A stretch of 64,000 bases of DNA from Chrysomallon squamiferum (lineage: Eukaryota > Animalia > Mollusca), in the NCBI GenBank assembly GCA_012295275.1, contig CM022665.1, positions 48,732,001 to 48,796,000 of the forward strand, given 5' to 3'. Below, piece after piece: positions 1-13,673 of the stretch. The notes below the pieces were generated by a model that searched no databases, was not told the DNA's origin, and was given only the letters and a program-made list of their open reading frames with translations. The translations under genes were made by a program, and so were the position numbers. Position 1 is the first letter of the stretch, and each line of letters begins with the position of its first letter.

Positions 1-204
1 CAATTGTTTTTTGATGGATCTTCTCAGCAAACATCACGTGACAGTTGGAATGTGCCAATTGTAATTGCCATCTCTAGTCGGCAGTGAAGAAGACCCAGTC
101 TAGTTGCAATGCGCCACCTGGTGGTACCAATAAAGCATCACTGGGAAAAAAATCAGTGAAATGAAGTCTACAAATTTGAAAATGTTATAGCTTATTGTTC
201 GTGA

Positions 205-268
205 AAATGATATCGTGGGCCGGATGTGGCCCCCCTCATCGTAGTTTTTGCCCACTTCTGCTCTAGAG
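205..268. mobile_element. 3' end of a hAT (Charlie-type) MITE
   Basis: gggccggatgtggccc...gtagtttttgcccacttctg followed by the typical 8-bp target CTCTAGAG. Confidence 0.6.
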
Positions 269-292
269 TTTTTAACAAAGGTTGAAAATTAC

Positions 293-367
293 CTGCATGT
301 GACAAAGTGACATCATCACACAATTCACAAGTATTTGTGTTAACATCAACTTCTGCAACCTCTGTTT
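293..367 (-). CDS. TRANK1: Small downstream TRANK1-like exon
   Basis: TTTTTCAG|AA ACA GAG GTT...CAT GCA G|GTAATT, 75 nt, phase 1-1, matching the upstream donor. Confidence 0.6.
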
Positions 368-633
368 CTGAAAAATAAACTTAAAAACATAACAAAAAAA
401 TTCATAATATATATTGAAATGAAATGAAATAAATCTTTTTTTTTTATATTAAATACTCAACAAATAAAATAGTTTACTTATGGAAAATAATTATCAGAAT
501 ACAAATCTACTGTTCTATTGACTGAACTTGATATTCCCACTTGGTACATTCAGTAGCAACAACTTATACCCTTCCCCTGTACCTGTCTTCCCCATGCATA
601 CATTTATTTACATATGTCTTTCTTAATACAAAC

Positions 634-1555
634 CCTCTCCAGTCTCTTTAATAAACTGTTGTTCTCTAGCTTCTTTGGCTTTTGTCCAGTACTTAGTGAA
701 AACAGTCCACAGTCGGTACAAACAACATGTAGTTTTTCCTGTTCCACTTCTGCCCAAAAGCAATATAGGTGATTCAGACTCCAGATTAATGATGTCATGC
801 TCTGCGTCTGTGACTCTGAATGGAAACTTCACCTTAATTTCACGATTTTGAAGAATATCTGAAACCAGTTCAGAGGTAAAAGAGTAGAACTTGAGAATAT
901 GGAATTTTCCTTCTTGTCGACTTGCTGGAGGGTACAGTTGTAGTGATTGTTGTTGTTCTCTCAGAGGAGGCAAATCTACGTCATCTTCAGCTTTAACAAA
1001 CAGCTTAGGAATTTGTTTCTCAGTTTTCGTCTCTTGTCTGTTATGTGCTTTTATTATATTTTCAATAGCACGTTTCAGACGACTATCATCAAGAACTATG
1101 TCCCAAACTCTGATAATGTAGGAGTTGATTCTGCAACTTTTTACATCAAAATCTTCATTGCTGTTAGCTTCTGTTTCAAGTTTTATTTTAGCAGCTTTAC
1201 TCAGTTGTGGTGAGGAAGCAGTTGCCCGCTCCCATAAAATTATTGCTGCCTTAGGCAATCTGGCTTCAAACAGCTTCAGAGTAGGAGGAGTATTAGAAAC
1301 TCTGTAATGTAAATACGGGCGCCATTCACATGATGCTAAAAGCTTAATTCTTTGAATCACTTGTTGCTTCATTTTTAATGGAACATGTTTATCTTCAAGA
1401 GTTTTCCATACTTTAACAGTACATTTTACTTTCTTCTCCAAGTTGTCAAAAACCTTACGATCAATTTCAATTTCTTCTGCACTTCCTTCTTCATCATCTT
1501 CCAAATCCAATTTTATGTTAACATCTTTTTCATTTGTTTCCTCATTGTCTGACTT
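634..1555 (-). CDS. TRANK1: TRANK1-like exon: RelE-like domain plus UvrD/SF1 helicase Walker A
   Basis: Open 922-nt exon, TGCAG|...G|GTTTGT; contains ILLLGRSGTGKTTCCLYRLW. Confidence 0.9.
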
Positions 1556-1788
1556 CTGCAAACAATTTAAATATTAAAACAATTTGTATTTAAATACATT
1601 GGTGATTATATTCTATCAAAATACCCTGAATCTGCGTTAAGATATAAATCATAGTAAAATAAATTATTAGTATTTCAACTGAAAGGGATATCTGTGGAAA
1701 AAGAAACATTGATATACCTACTAAAATAGCAAAATCAGCTGTTTCTCTTTAAACTATTATATTATCAGATACCACCATTACCACCCTT

Positions 1789-1902
<114 letters not shown>

Positions 1903-2010
1903 GATCTTAGTGACAACTTGTAATACCTCAGCTGCTATTCTTTCTTTGGCTGATTCTGCTAACAAAGCTTGTGATATGGTCTCAATGCTAACAATGAAAT
2001 GTTATTGATT

Positions 2011-3642
2011 TGTTGTCCTAGAAACAGTAATTTAATTCAATAATACATGAGATATTCAACTAACCTCTAGTTTCATCTTGTGTCTACGCAAACAATCAAT
2101 TGCTTCATCAAACAGTTCTTCCTTGTAAAATATATCTGTAGCCTTGTCGAAGTAGCCAAGTTGTTCATAACATCGGCTGCAGTCAAGAATTTTGTTTGAC
2201 TTCCAGTACATTCTTGCAGCAGGCAGAAGCTATCAATAAAAAAAAAAATATCTACTTAATGAATGTTTTTAGATGTTTTTGAAAATATTTAAATAGGATC
2301 AATAAATATTAAAGGAAAGTCAATTTAAAAGACTATTTATTTTAAAAGTATGTAATTTCTTACCAATATCTGTCAAAATCAATAGAATCTCTTTTAAATG
2401 TGAAAATATTTATCACAACAATATGTATTATAATCTAGCATTATACAAATAGTATCAATAACAAGACAAAATTAAACACAACCCTGATTTCAAACTAAGA
2501 AGTAAGAAACAAAAGGAAAATATTTATTTTTGATTAGTAATTTAATTAATGAATTTTAGAGAGTGAAATCTTCTTTAAATGAAAGACTATCAAATATAAA
2601 AAAAACAAAGAGAGAATACAAATTATTATTATTATTATTATTATTATTATTTGTATTCCAGCAATCTAACCCGTCCACATTTTTCAAATGTCTTAGCAGC
2701 CAGCTCGTATTCACGGGCATTCTGAAGACAAAGTGCTGCCTTGTTTGCAAGGCCACATTCCAAGAAAGTTTTAGCTGCAAACATATATTCCTCACGCATT
2801 CTCCGAGGAGTATCCTTCATTCTTGATACTTTCACTGTTGTCCTAGAAACAGTAATTTAATTCAATAATATATGAGTTATTCAGCTAACCTGTAGTGTCA
2901 TCTTGGGTCTACACAAACAATCAATTGCTTCATCAAACAGTTCTTCCTTGTAAAGTATATTTGTAGCCTTGTTGAAGTAGCCAAGTTGTTCATAACATCG
3001 GCTGCAGTCAAGAATTTTGTTTGACTTCCAGTACATTCTTGCAGCAGGCAGAAGCTATCAATAAAAAAAAAAAAAATATCTACTTAATGAATGTTTTTAG
3101 ATGTTTTTGAAAATATTTAAATAGGATCAATAAATATTAAAGGAAAGTCAATTTAAAAGACTATTTATTTTAAAAGTATGTAATTTCTGTCAAATTCAAT
3201 AGAATCTCTTTTAAATGTGAAAATATTTATAACAAAAATATGTATTATAATCTATCATACAAATAGTATCAATAACAAGACAAAATTAAACACAACCCTG
3301 ATTTCAAACTAAGAAGTAAGAAACAAAAGGAAAATATTTATTTTTGATTAGTAATTTAATTAATGAATTTTAGAGAGTGAAATCTTCTTTAAATGAAAGA
3401 CTATCAAATATAAAAAAAACAAAGAGAGAATACAAATTATTATTATTATTATTATTATTTGTATTCCAGCAATCTAACCCATCCACATTTTTCAAATGTC
3501 TTAGCAGCCAGCTCGTATTCACGGGTATTCTGAAGACAAAGTGCTGCCTTGTTTGCAAGGCCACATTCCAAGAAAGTCTTAGCTGCAAATATATATTCCT
3601 CACGCATTCTCCGAGGAGTATCCTTCATTCTTGATGCTTTCA
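2011..3642. repeat. Tandem duplication (~0.82 kb unit) of the W/X exons, with another copy at 5357-6381
   Basis: Near-identical exon and intron sequence; the copy at ~5960 has a 1-nt frameshift. Confidence 0.9.
2890..3054 (-). CDS. TRANK1: TRANK1-like post-helicase TPR exon X (further copies at 2065-2229 and 6089-6253)
   Basis: LLPAARMYWKSNKILDCSRCYEQLGYFNKATNILYKEELFDEAIDCL. Confidence 0.75.
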
Positions 3643-3646
3643 TTGC
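3479..3646 (-). CDS. TRANK1: TRANK1-like post-helicase TPR exon W
   Basis: AMKASRMK...AAKTFLECG..KAALCLQN. Confidence 0.8.
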
Positions 3647-3848
3647 CTGCAGAAATATATAAACTCCAATTCCAAATCTATTTATTGATAAAACTGAAAT
3701 AAATCAGTCAATGAGTAAGTGACAGAGTTACAAAGTTTCAAACCAATGAAGTTAATGTAACCATTTGTTTTTTCTTGTGTGAAATTCTGAAACAAAAAGA
3801 CAGATCTCAGTTTATTTATCCAGGTATAATGTTATTATTTGTTGTTAC

Positions 3849-4006
3849 CTGACTGTGTGCCTGTGCTATCTTTTGTTTATTCTCACAACCAGCCATTTTG
3901 TAACATTTAGCAGCAACATCATAGAGGGATCGTTTCATTAACTCATCACCCCTTTTTTCCCATTCAGCTCGACCAGATTTCTTAGCAAATATGTTACTGT
4001 CTGAAT
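3849..4006 (-). CDS. TRANK1: TRANK1-like post-helicase TPR exon
   Basis: FAKKSGRAEWEKRGDELMKRSLYDVAAKCYKMAG. Confidence 0.85.
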
Positions 4007-4340
4007 CTATAAAAACAGAAGAATACTGTTATAAAATGTATTCTAAAATGATTAAATTAAAAATAAAATAAATAAAAAAAACACACCAAAAAACCAAACA
4101 AACAAACATGGGTTTTACTGCTGCCAGTGAATAGAAAAGGTACCATGTGTCTTTCCTCATTATCATGTGATACCTCAGCTGCAATATATATCACATTTGA
4201 TATCCAGTGGACATAAGAATTAAGACATCACACAATGAAACAGGCACGCACACACAGAGGTCATTTACAAAACCTAACCACTTTAACAGAGCAAATAAAA
4301 TAATAAAAGGTAACTGAAAAAACTCAATAAAGAAAATTAC

Positions 4341-4553
4341 CAAGACTGTCAGTTGAAACAACATGGACAAGGTCTCTAGCCTTGAAATACTCAAACATCG
4401 GAGCCCGTTTTTCCTCACTTTCATCAAAAATCCACACATTGACACGTGCTCTTGTCAGAGCTGTATACAGATGTTTCAGTTCAGAGTTCAGTACCTTGTG
4501 TTGATTGGAGTCAAATGTCAAAGGTCGAGGTCGGCTTGGCTGTTTCAAAACCT
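4341..4553 (-). CDS. TRANK1: TRANK1-like exon with SF1 helicase motif VI
   Basis: LNSELKHLYTALTRARVNVWIFDE. Confidence 0.9.
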
Positions 4554-4764
4554 CTGCAAGTTAAGAAGATGAAAGGTTCATTTACGAGCAGATATTTCAA
4601 CTCTTTATCATCTCTAACTTTAAAACTTTATATTTTTATATTTATCAAAGTAAGTAACTCTAGTATGTTTATTCAATTATTAGTATCTTTAGTGTTTTTC
4701 AATTTATTTATGCATGTTTGTATGTGTCTGTGTTTAACTTTTTGTATGTACTTTTGCTGATTAC

Positions 4765-4864
4765 CTTCATCCAGGATGACTAGATTCTCCTGATAATCTT
4801 TATCTTCTAACTTTCCTTTCATTCTCTCCACATAGTCTGTTACAATCCTCCATTCCTTAGAAGC
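4765..4864 (-). CDS. TRANK1: TRANK1-like helicase C-terminal exon
   Basis: ASKEWRIVTDYV...ILDE G|GT, phase 0-1. Confidence 0.75.
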
Positions 4865-5169
4865 CTAGTTTAAATAAATAAAAAGTCAGTAAATGTCAAT
4901 TTATCTTTAGACTCTTTATTAGTATAACATCAACAATGTCACAAGCCATAATGATCTTATCCAGTAGCATAACATAAATTTACATTTATCGAGAATTATT
5001 ACTGCTAGGATAATACATTTTAAAACCTTTTTAAAATGAGCAATGTAGCATAAATTCAGGTGAAATATTTTTCTATTGATCTGTTGACAAACATATTTAA
5101 TGATATCTTATCAAAAGTCAGAATACATGTAACTATTATTTTAAGAAAGAAATTAAGATTTTGTCTTAC

Positions 5170-5427
5170 GCAAGAATCCTTGAAAAAGTTGTAAAGAAGC
5201 ACATCGTCAAATTCCAGGCCTTTTGCTTCATAGATGGTCAAAATCAAACCAAGTCTCAGTTCTTGTAGGATCGAATCTCTTGCCTCTTCGTTAACAACTA
5301 AAATAGCTTGATGTGCACCAAATTCAATGTGGGATGTCTTACGTTTGTGTCCCTGAAGTTGTTCATAACATCGGCTGCAGTCAAGAATTTTGTTTGACTT
5401 CCAGTACATTCTTGCAGCAGGCAGAAG
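5170..5427 (-). CDS. TRANK1: Chimeric exon: TPR 5' part fused to helicase motif V
   Basis: LLPAARMYW...CYEQ/LQGHKRK..EFGAHQAILV...LTIYEAKGLEFDDVLLYNFF. Confidence 0.75.
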
Positions 5428-6574
5428 CTATCAATAAAAAAAAAAATATCTACTTAATGAATGTTTTTAGATGTTTTTGAAAATATTTAAATAGGATCAA
5501 TAAATATTAAAGGAAAGTCAATTTAAAAGACTATTTATTTTAAAAGTATGTAATTTCTTACCAATATCTGTCAAAATCAATAGAATCTCTTTTAAATGTG
5601 AAAATATTTATCACAACAATATGTATTATAATCTAGCATTATACAAATAGTATCAATAACAAGACAAAATTAAACACAACCCTGATTTCAAACTAAGAAG
5701 TAAGAAACAAAAGGAAAATATTTATTTTTTTGATTAGTAATTTAATTAATGAATTTTAGAGAGTGAAATCTTCTTTAAATGAAAGACTATCAAATATAAA
5801 AAAAACAAAGAGAGAATACAAATTATTATTATTATTATTATTATTATTATTTGTATTCCAGCAATCTAACCCGTCCACATTTTTCAAATGTCTTAGCAGC
5901 CAGCTCGTATTCACGGGCATTCTGAAGACAAAGTGCTGCCTTGTTTGCAAGGCCACATTCAAGAAAGTTTTAGCTGCAAACATATATTCCTCACGCATTC
6001 TCCGAGGAGTATCCTTCATTCTTGATGCTTTCACTGTTGTCCTAGAAACAGTAATTTAATTCAATAATATATGAGTTATTCAGCTAACCTGTAGTGTCAT
6101 CTTGGGTCTACACAAACAATCAATTGCTTCATCAAACAGTTCTTCCTTGTAAAGTATATTTGTAGCCTTGTTGAAGTAGCCAAGTTGTTCATAACATCGG
6201 CTGCAGTCAAGAATTTTGTTTGACTTCCAGTACATTCTTGCAGCAGGCAGAAGCTATCAATAAAAAAAAAAAAAAATATCTACTTAATGAATGTTTTTAG
6301 ATGTTTTTGAAAATATTTAAATAGGATCAATAAATATTAAAGGAAAGTCAATTTAAAAGACTATTTATTTTAAAAGTATGTTAAATAATCATAATATAAG
6401 CAGGAATCTTCAAATTGGAAATTATGGTAAGTGTTGCCATTTAATGATTAAAATTTATATAGAGTAGAGTGTGTACATGCTCTGTACTGAATTGGTGAAG
6501 ATATTTTTCAATACATTGTATTATAACTCAAAGAGAGCTTAAATATACGTGATTAACAGTGAAAACTCAAACAC

Positions 6575-7590
6575 CTGCTGGTTACAGAATCTTTTCCCAG
6601 CTTGAAAAGGCTTATTCAACTTCCATCTGTAGACATGTAAAAGACTGTTGCTATATTTGTTCTGGTATGAAGGATCCAGAAATTTGAACTTTTTAAAGTC
6701 TTCACTGTGATGCAATTGTATCTTAGGAAACAATTGTAATCTTCCTAAAATGTAATAAATGAAAAACAAAACCAAACTAATTAACCATTAATTTTCATTT
6801 TGAAAAATAAATTATAAAATTTGAACTCCTATTTTGAGAGTACTGATGTTGGACACAGATAGTTTTGTTAGATTTTTGAGACTAAAGCTGCACCAGTGAA
6901 ATGTTTGTTGCAAGTCTTGATAACTTTTTATTTCCATGTTTTGAATCATATTTCTTTACTGCTGCAACAATCTGTTGCCATTTATCTTTCTTGCCAAATG
7001 TTTCTAGTATGGATTTATAATGTTTAGCAGAAAGCGATGTCATACAGGCTGGAATATCTGTGAAAATTGTAAAGGTTTTTACTGAATAACAAAGAGCATG
7101 ATATATTAAAAGGATAATTTCAAAAACAGTTTTATGGGATATCTCAAATTTTTTATATCCATCTTGAATGAAAAGTCAAATGACTCAATGAAATAAATAT
7201 ATTAAATTGGAAAAGGTCATAAAATTACACTAGTTATTTTGCTAGAAATATTAAAATCAAGTCTAATCCTATAAACAGTTTAAATTACTCCAAATAAAGG
7301 TTAGAATTTTGACCTGTTTTGCTTGCTGAGTATAAGTAATCACATAAAAGGCATTCAAACTGAAAATGACAAACCTCGATTAACTATTTTCTCCAACTTT
7401 TTCACAATGATATCAGCACTTTGAGCAGACAGTTGTTGATATTTAGTTTCTCTGTGAGGTTTTTTAATGACTTCAAAAATCTTTTTTATTTCTTTTGTGA
7501 TGAGATCTTTTGCATCAGCTACTAGTTTGTCAATTTGATGCCTTGCTGCTGGTATGTTTTCCATTGTATACTTGAACAAATCATGTACAC
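6575..7590 (-). pseudogene. Deleted/diverged paralog of copy A exons 4/14, 15 and 16
   Basis: Chimeric exon 7375-7590; exon 15 truncated at ~6886 with a TAG; degenerate ankyrin exon 6575-6744. Confidence 0.8.
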
Positions 7591-9360
7591 CTAAAAACAG
7601 ACAAGGAAAAGTCATCAGGTCAAAACCAATAACTTGGAATATACAAAATATATTTAAGGTACATGTTAGGTGAAAAATGACAAAAGTTTAATAAACAAAA
7701 TTGTTTACACAAATGATTTACTTTTTCAGATAAATTTATTGTTGTCATTTAGACTTTATAAACAAAATTCTGACTTCTTGGAGATTTATGAAGATATAAA
7801 ATATTTTATTTTTGTGGAATAGATAAGAACTGACTGCACAGACAGTTTTAATAATACACTAACTGTCAGTTAATCTTACTTAAGATGTGTGAATGCTTTC
7901 AGACAGGCAGTTATGTGAACAATGCTGGTTGTATAACTATAATGCTGATATGGTGTGTTAATCATTTTTCTTATTCTTGTTTGTTATGTTTTAACATTAA
8001 AACATTAAGTTCATTTGAATTTCCAAACAATTTATTTTGTTTCAAAAATGGCTACGAACAAAAACTGACGCACGCTCCCGGTGACGTCATATAATACTAT
8101 CTCCCTTATTCCGTTTCCTCTAAACATCGTAAAATGTTAACTATAACACCGTTTAGATAAAACATTGTTGATGTGTGATTTAATGGTATCTGAGTTAGAT
8201 TACTGTCACATAAAAAAGTAACATGAGACTGAAATATATTCTGTGACACAAATTTCATTTAGACTGATATTTATTAAAACATATTTATAATTATTGGCTT
8301 CAGTCTTATGATACACTATTAAAACAATCTGAAATATATTCTATCGCTGTATTGCCTCTATATTTGCAAAACTGGAAACAGCTGAAATATCAACAAATCT
8401 TCTTTACTGACCAACGCCATCAATAGTTGTCATTTAGACTTTATAAACAAAAATCTGAGCTGTTGGGTTTGCCAGTGAAGATAAAAACAGTGTTTTACTT
8501 ATTATATAATAGTTTAAGTTGATAACTAGAAGAAACATTGGTAGTTTATCTTATTTCTGATCATCTGTGAATATATAAAACAAACCAAACAACAGCAGAA
8601 CACTGAAGGGCTTAGAATCAGCTGACAACACTGTTGTCAGTTAACTGGTATATTGAAGTATGAAAAAAAATAATAATAATAACAATAACATCAGCAACAA
8701 CAACAACAACAGCAATTATAATAATATAATTTTTTTTTTTAAATTGTTGAAAGCAATTTTGATTAAGGTGATATTTAGCACAGACTGTAAAATATGTCCT
8801 ATAGTATTAACTGAGCATAAAACATGATAATGGGATTCAAAAATATAGTTCACAATTATATTTCAAAAACAATTTTTAACTAATCTTTTCCAGTAAACAA
8901 AATTAAATTATAGATTGTTTTGAAAAAAGTAATTACGTTTTAAAAATAATACTCATGCAGTTGTTTGTTGGTTCTAAATGTAAACAATAAAGATTTAACT
9001 ATTGTAGCATAATGGATTTTATGAAATCTATCACCAAATGATCCAAAAAGATTTCTGATTTCTTTCGGTTTTGAAAAATATGTTTCATAACAATTTATTG
9101 TTTGTGCAGAATAAGCAGATATATCTCTCTATGTGAAGTGTACTAGAAATAATCAGTTTATCAGATATTTTATCCGTTTGAATTGCTGATGTCACACACT
9201 GTTTTTTGTGAAGCAGTTGCTAATTCCTGTAACACATCTACTTTCAGTTTAACTAGCATTTTAAAGCAATAAAGCTGTTTTAACAGTAAATTAGTGACAT
9301 ACTCACATATTTTCACTGTTTTATCTATACTTTGTAGCATGATTTCCTAAAGATACTTTT

Positions 9361-10125
9361 TACTTCCTTGTACACTATTGGTTTCAGTTCCACAAAAATG
9401 TACAAGGGACGTAATTTAGAATGGCAAGTTACAAACTGCATTTATGGGAGTAATTATTACTATAATTTTGTTTTTCCTAAACTGTTAATATATATATTTA
9501 TCAAACAGAGATCAAATTCTCAGGTGAAACTGACCATGTTAGTTATAATTCATTTGTTTCATTCCATATTTCAGCCTTAATATTCTTTACAAATGAACTT
9601 ATTAATATCATCTTTTAAATATTAGTTTTCCAAATAATGTTTTAAATAAACAGACATGCACATTTTCCTTTTTCTTCTGTTTCATAGTATTTATGTATGA
9701 GTGTTTCTCTACATCTCTTCCTACATTTTATATTTATTTTCCTTCTTACAAACCTGCACAAAGTGACATAAAAATACCTGAAATAATTATAGACTTTCTT
9801 ACAAATATTTAGACAATAAAACTGAAAGGAAAATAAAAATGAATAGCTTTTTTGTTCTTAAATATTTGGTATTTAGTTTTAAGTATTTTCTTTAAGATTA
9901 CTTAAAATGTCAAGACATGAATTCAAAAGAATAAAAATTACTAGTTTTTGCTCCTCTGTATTTCATTGTGTTTGAATTTACTAGTTACATGTATTAAATA
10001 GATGTCTATCTTTATTTTAGTTTCCTTATAAGAAACCATCAACTTTCAGTTTGTTTAAAATATCAAGATATGAATTGAAAAGAATAAATAATCAATAAAA
10101 AAAATACTATTTTTTATTTTAGAAG

Positions 10126-10166
<41 letters not shown>

Positions 10167-10415
10167 TTATGTTACTAACTATGTTTCTTAAATAGATGAC
10201 AATCTTTATTTCAGTTTACTTCTAACAGCAATATTCCAATATGAAGCCATGAATACAGTTATGTAACACAGAAGTGTGTCTGTTATTGAATGCAATTATC
10301 TTTGTAAAATGTGAAATGAGTTTTGAAAATAAAGCAGAAGTACTGTTCTAGAAATTAAATAATAATTTAAATAAATTAATAATCAATAAATTTGATTACA
10401 ACAAAGTAAAATTAA

Positions 10416-10461
<46 letters not shown>

Positions 10462-11528
10462 TTTGTTATTTATCACTTAAGGATGAGTTATTACCCAAGA
10501 ACAAGACTTTTAGAATTTTATAAATATATAGCTGGGTCTTTTATCCTTTTTTTATGTTTTTCTTCTCCTTTTTTTTTTGCAATATTAAGTGTTAAAACTG
10601 GTGAATATTTGTTAATAGTGGCAAAATCTTCAAACATAAATAATTTAATAAGTATATGTGTGTATGTTAAGAGTGTATTGTTACTTCTCATCTGATAACT
10701 TCTATATTTCTAACGTTGTTCTACTTTTTTATTAGCAAAGGCTAGATTTTATTACTGGCAAAGACTAATAAATAATTTTAGATTTGTGATCTCATTTAAT
10801 ACTTAGGCAGAAATACAAAGTTTGTAATGATTCTATGTGGTTTTCATTTATAGTGATGAAATGAGAACTATTATATTGTAAATGGTTATTTTATTTTAAT
10901 TTTTTTTATATTTAATGCTTAGGTCTGTTAAAATGGTTTACAATTTTTACCATTGGCAGATTTATGACATATAAAACAAAATATTTTAGTTTTGTGGAAT
11001 AGATATGATGAGGAATTGACTGCACAGATTGACAGTTATGTGAATAATATTGTATAACTATAATGCTAATATGGAGTGCTAATTATTTTTCTTATTCATG
11101 TTAATGTATGATTTAATGGTATCTGAATGAGGTCTCTATCACGTAAAACGAGTAACATGAGACTGAAATATATTCTGTGACACATACATTCATTTCATTT
11201 AGACAGATATTTATTAAAACATTATAATTATTGGCTTCAGTCATATTATTTAGTATTGAAAAAGCTGAAATATAATTATATTGTATTGCTATACTACCTG
11301 GACACAGTTGAAATATTAAAATATCTTCTTTACCAACCAAGGTCATCACTAGTTGTCATTTCGACTTTATAAACAAAATTCTAATATCTAGAAGAAACAT
11401 TGGTAGTTTATCTTATTTCTGATCATCTGTGAATATATAAACAAATCATCCAACAACAGAAAGCTGAAGGGCTTAGAATAAGCTTAGAACACTGTTGTCA
11501 GTTAACTGGTATACTGAAGTATGAAAAA

Positions 11529-11562
<34 letters not shown>

Positions 11563-12210
11563 TAAAGTATCCTTTATATAGATAGACACATAGATAGACA
11601 GATAGATATTTTTAAAGTAGTATTAACGCAGTTTTTTTTATAGTACATGCAGCTAAATGTAACTGATAAATTTAACTATTCAGACACAATGGATTTTATG
11701 AAATCTATCAGCAAATGATCCAAAAATATTTCTCATTTCTTTGGGTTTTGAAAAATCTGGTTCATTATAATTTATTGTTTGTGCAGAATAAGCAGCTATA
11801 TCTATGTGAAGTGTACTAGAAATAATCAGTTTATCAGATATTTTATCTGTTAGAATTGTTGACATCACACGGTGCTTTCTGTGAAGCATTTTCTAATTCC
11901 TGTAATGCATCTACTTTCAGTTTAACTAGAATATCAAAGAACATAACTGCAAAAGAATAAATAACCCATAAAATAATACTATTTTTTCCCTCTATATTTC
12001 AGTTTCCTTATGACAAACAGAAACATTCCAGTATGAACCCCTGAATACAATTACATAAGAGAAATTTTGTCTATTATTGAGAGCAAATATCTTTGTAAAT
12101 AACGAAATGAGTTCTGAAAATAAAACAGAAGTACACTTCCAGAAATTAAATAATAATTTAAATAATTTAATAAACAATAAATTTCTAATACAAGATAGTA
12201 AACGTCATAC

Positions 12211-12247
<37 letters not shown>

Positions 12248-13354
12248 GTAATAGTAATAACAACAAAAGCAACAACAACGCTACTACTACTACTACTACT
12301 ACTAATAATAATAATAATCCAAAGCGTGTTTGCAAAGAAACTAATTCAGCACTACGGCTGTGTCAAATGTCACAAATATGATTTAACTTTGTACAACATT
12401 TGTGTGTCATCTGATTGATAATTATATTTAACAGTTATTAATGAAATAACAAATATTTTATATATTTTAAAGCATTAAAACTATTTTAACATTAAATTAG
12501 TGATATACTCACGTTCCATTGTTTTATCCATGCTTTGTAGGATGATGAGATCGTCTTTGGATTTCTAAAAAATATGTTTTACTTCCTTGTACACTATTGG
12601 TTTCAGTTCCACGAATATGTACAAGGGACGTAACTTAGAATGACAAGTTACAAACTACATTTATGGGAGTAATTATTACAATTATTTTGTTATTCCTAAA
12701 CCGTTAATAAATAAATATATATATATTTATAAAACAGTGATCAAATTCTCAGGTGAAACTGACCATGTTAGTTATAATTCATTTGTTTCATTCCATATTT
12801 CAGCCTTAATATTCTTTACAAATCAACTTATTATTATCAGCATTTAAACATTAGTTTTCCAAATATTGTTTTAAATAAACAGACATGCACATTTTCCTTT
12901 TTCTTCTGTTTCATAGTATTTATGTATGAGTGTTTCTCTACATCTCTTCCTACATTTTATATTTATTCGCCTTCTTACAAACCTGCACAAAGTGACATAA
13001 AAATACCTGAAATAATTATAGACTTTCTTACAAATATTTAGACAATAAGTCTGAAAGGAAAATAAAACTGAATAGCCTTTTTTGTTTTTAAATATTTGGT
13101 ATTTACTTTTAAGTTTTTACTTTAAGTATACTTAAAATATCAAGACATGAATTCAAAAGAATAAATAACCTATATCAATTACTATTTTTTTCTCCTCTTT
13201 ATTTCATTGTTTTGGAAGTTACTAGTTACATTTATTAAATAGATGTCTATCTTTATTTTAGTTCTCTTATAAGAAACCATCTACTTTCAGTCTACATAAA
13301 AAATCAAGATATGAATAAATAATCTATAAAAAATACAATTTCTTATTTTAGAAC

Positions 13355-13395
<41 letters not shown>

Positions 13396-13642
13396 TACTA
13401 ATTATGTTTCGTAAATAGCTGCCAATCTTTATTTAAGTTTACTTGTGATAAACAGCAACATTCCAATATGAAGCCCTGAATACAACATAATAATAGAGAA
13501 GTGTTTCTGTTAATGAATGCAAATATCTTTGTAAAATGTGAAATGAGTTCTGAAAAACCCCCAGAAGTACTGTTCTAGAAATAAAATAATAACTTAAATA
13601 ATTTAATAATGAATAAATTTGGTTACAACAAAGTAAAATTAA

Positions 13643-13673
<31 letters not shown>

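Noticed and set aside
891-1307. Plus-strand ORFs over TRANK1 exons (also 2563, 4363, 31609, 53238)
   Set aside because: Antisense shadows of real minus-strand exons
8086-8095. TGACGTCA CRE-like site
   Set aside because: Single 8-mer with no TSS evidence
11113-11889. ORFs conserved at 14309 and 45474
   Set aside because: Conservation is due to recent segmental duplication of non-coding DNA; no protein motifs
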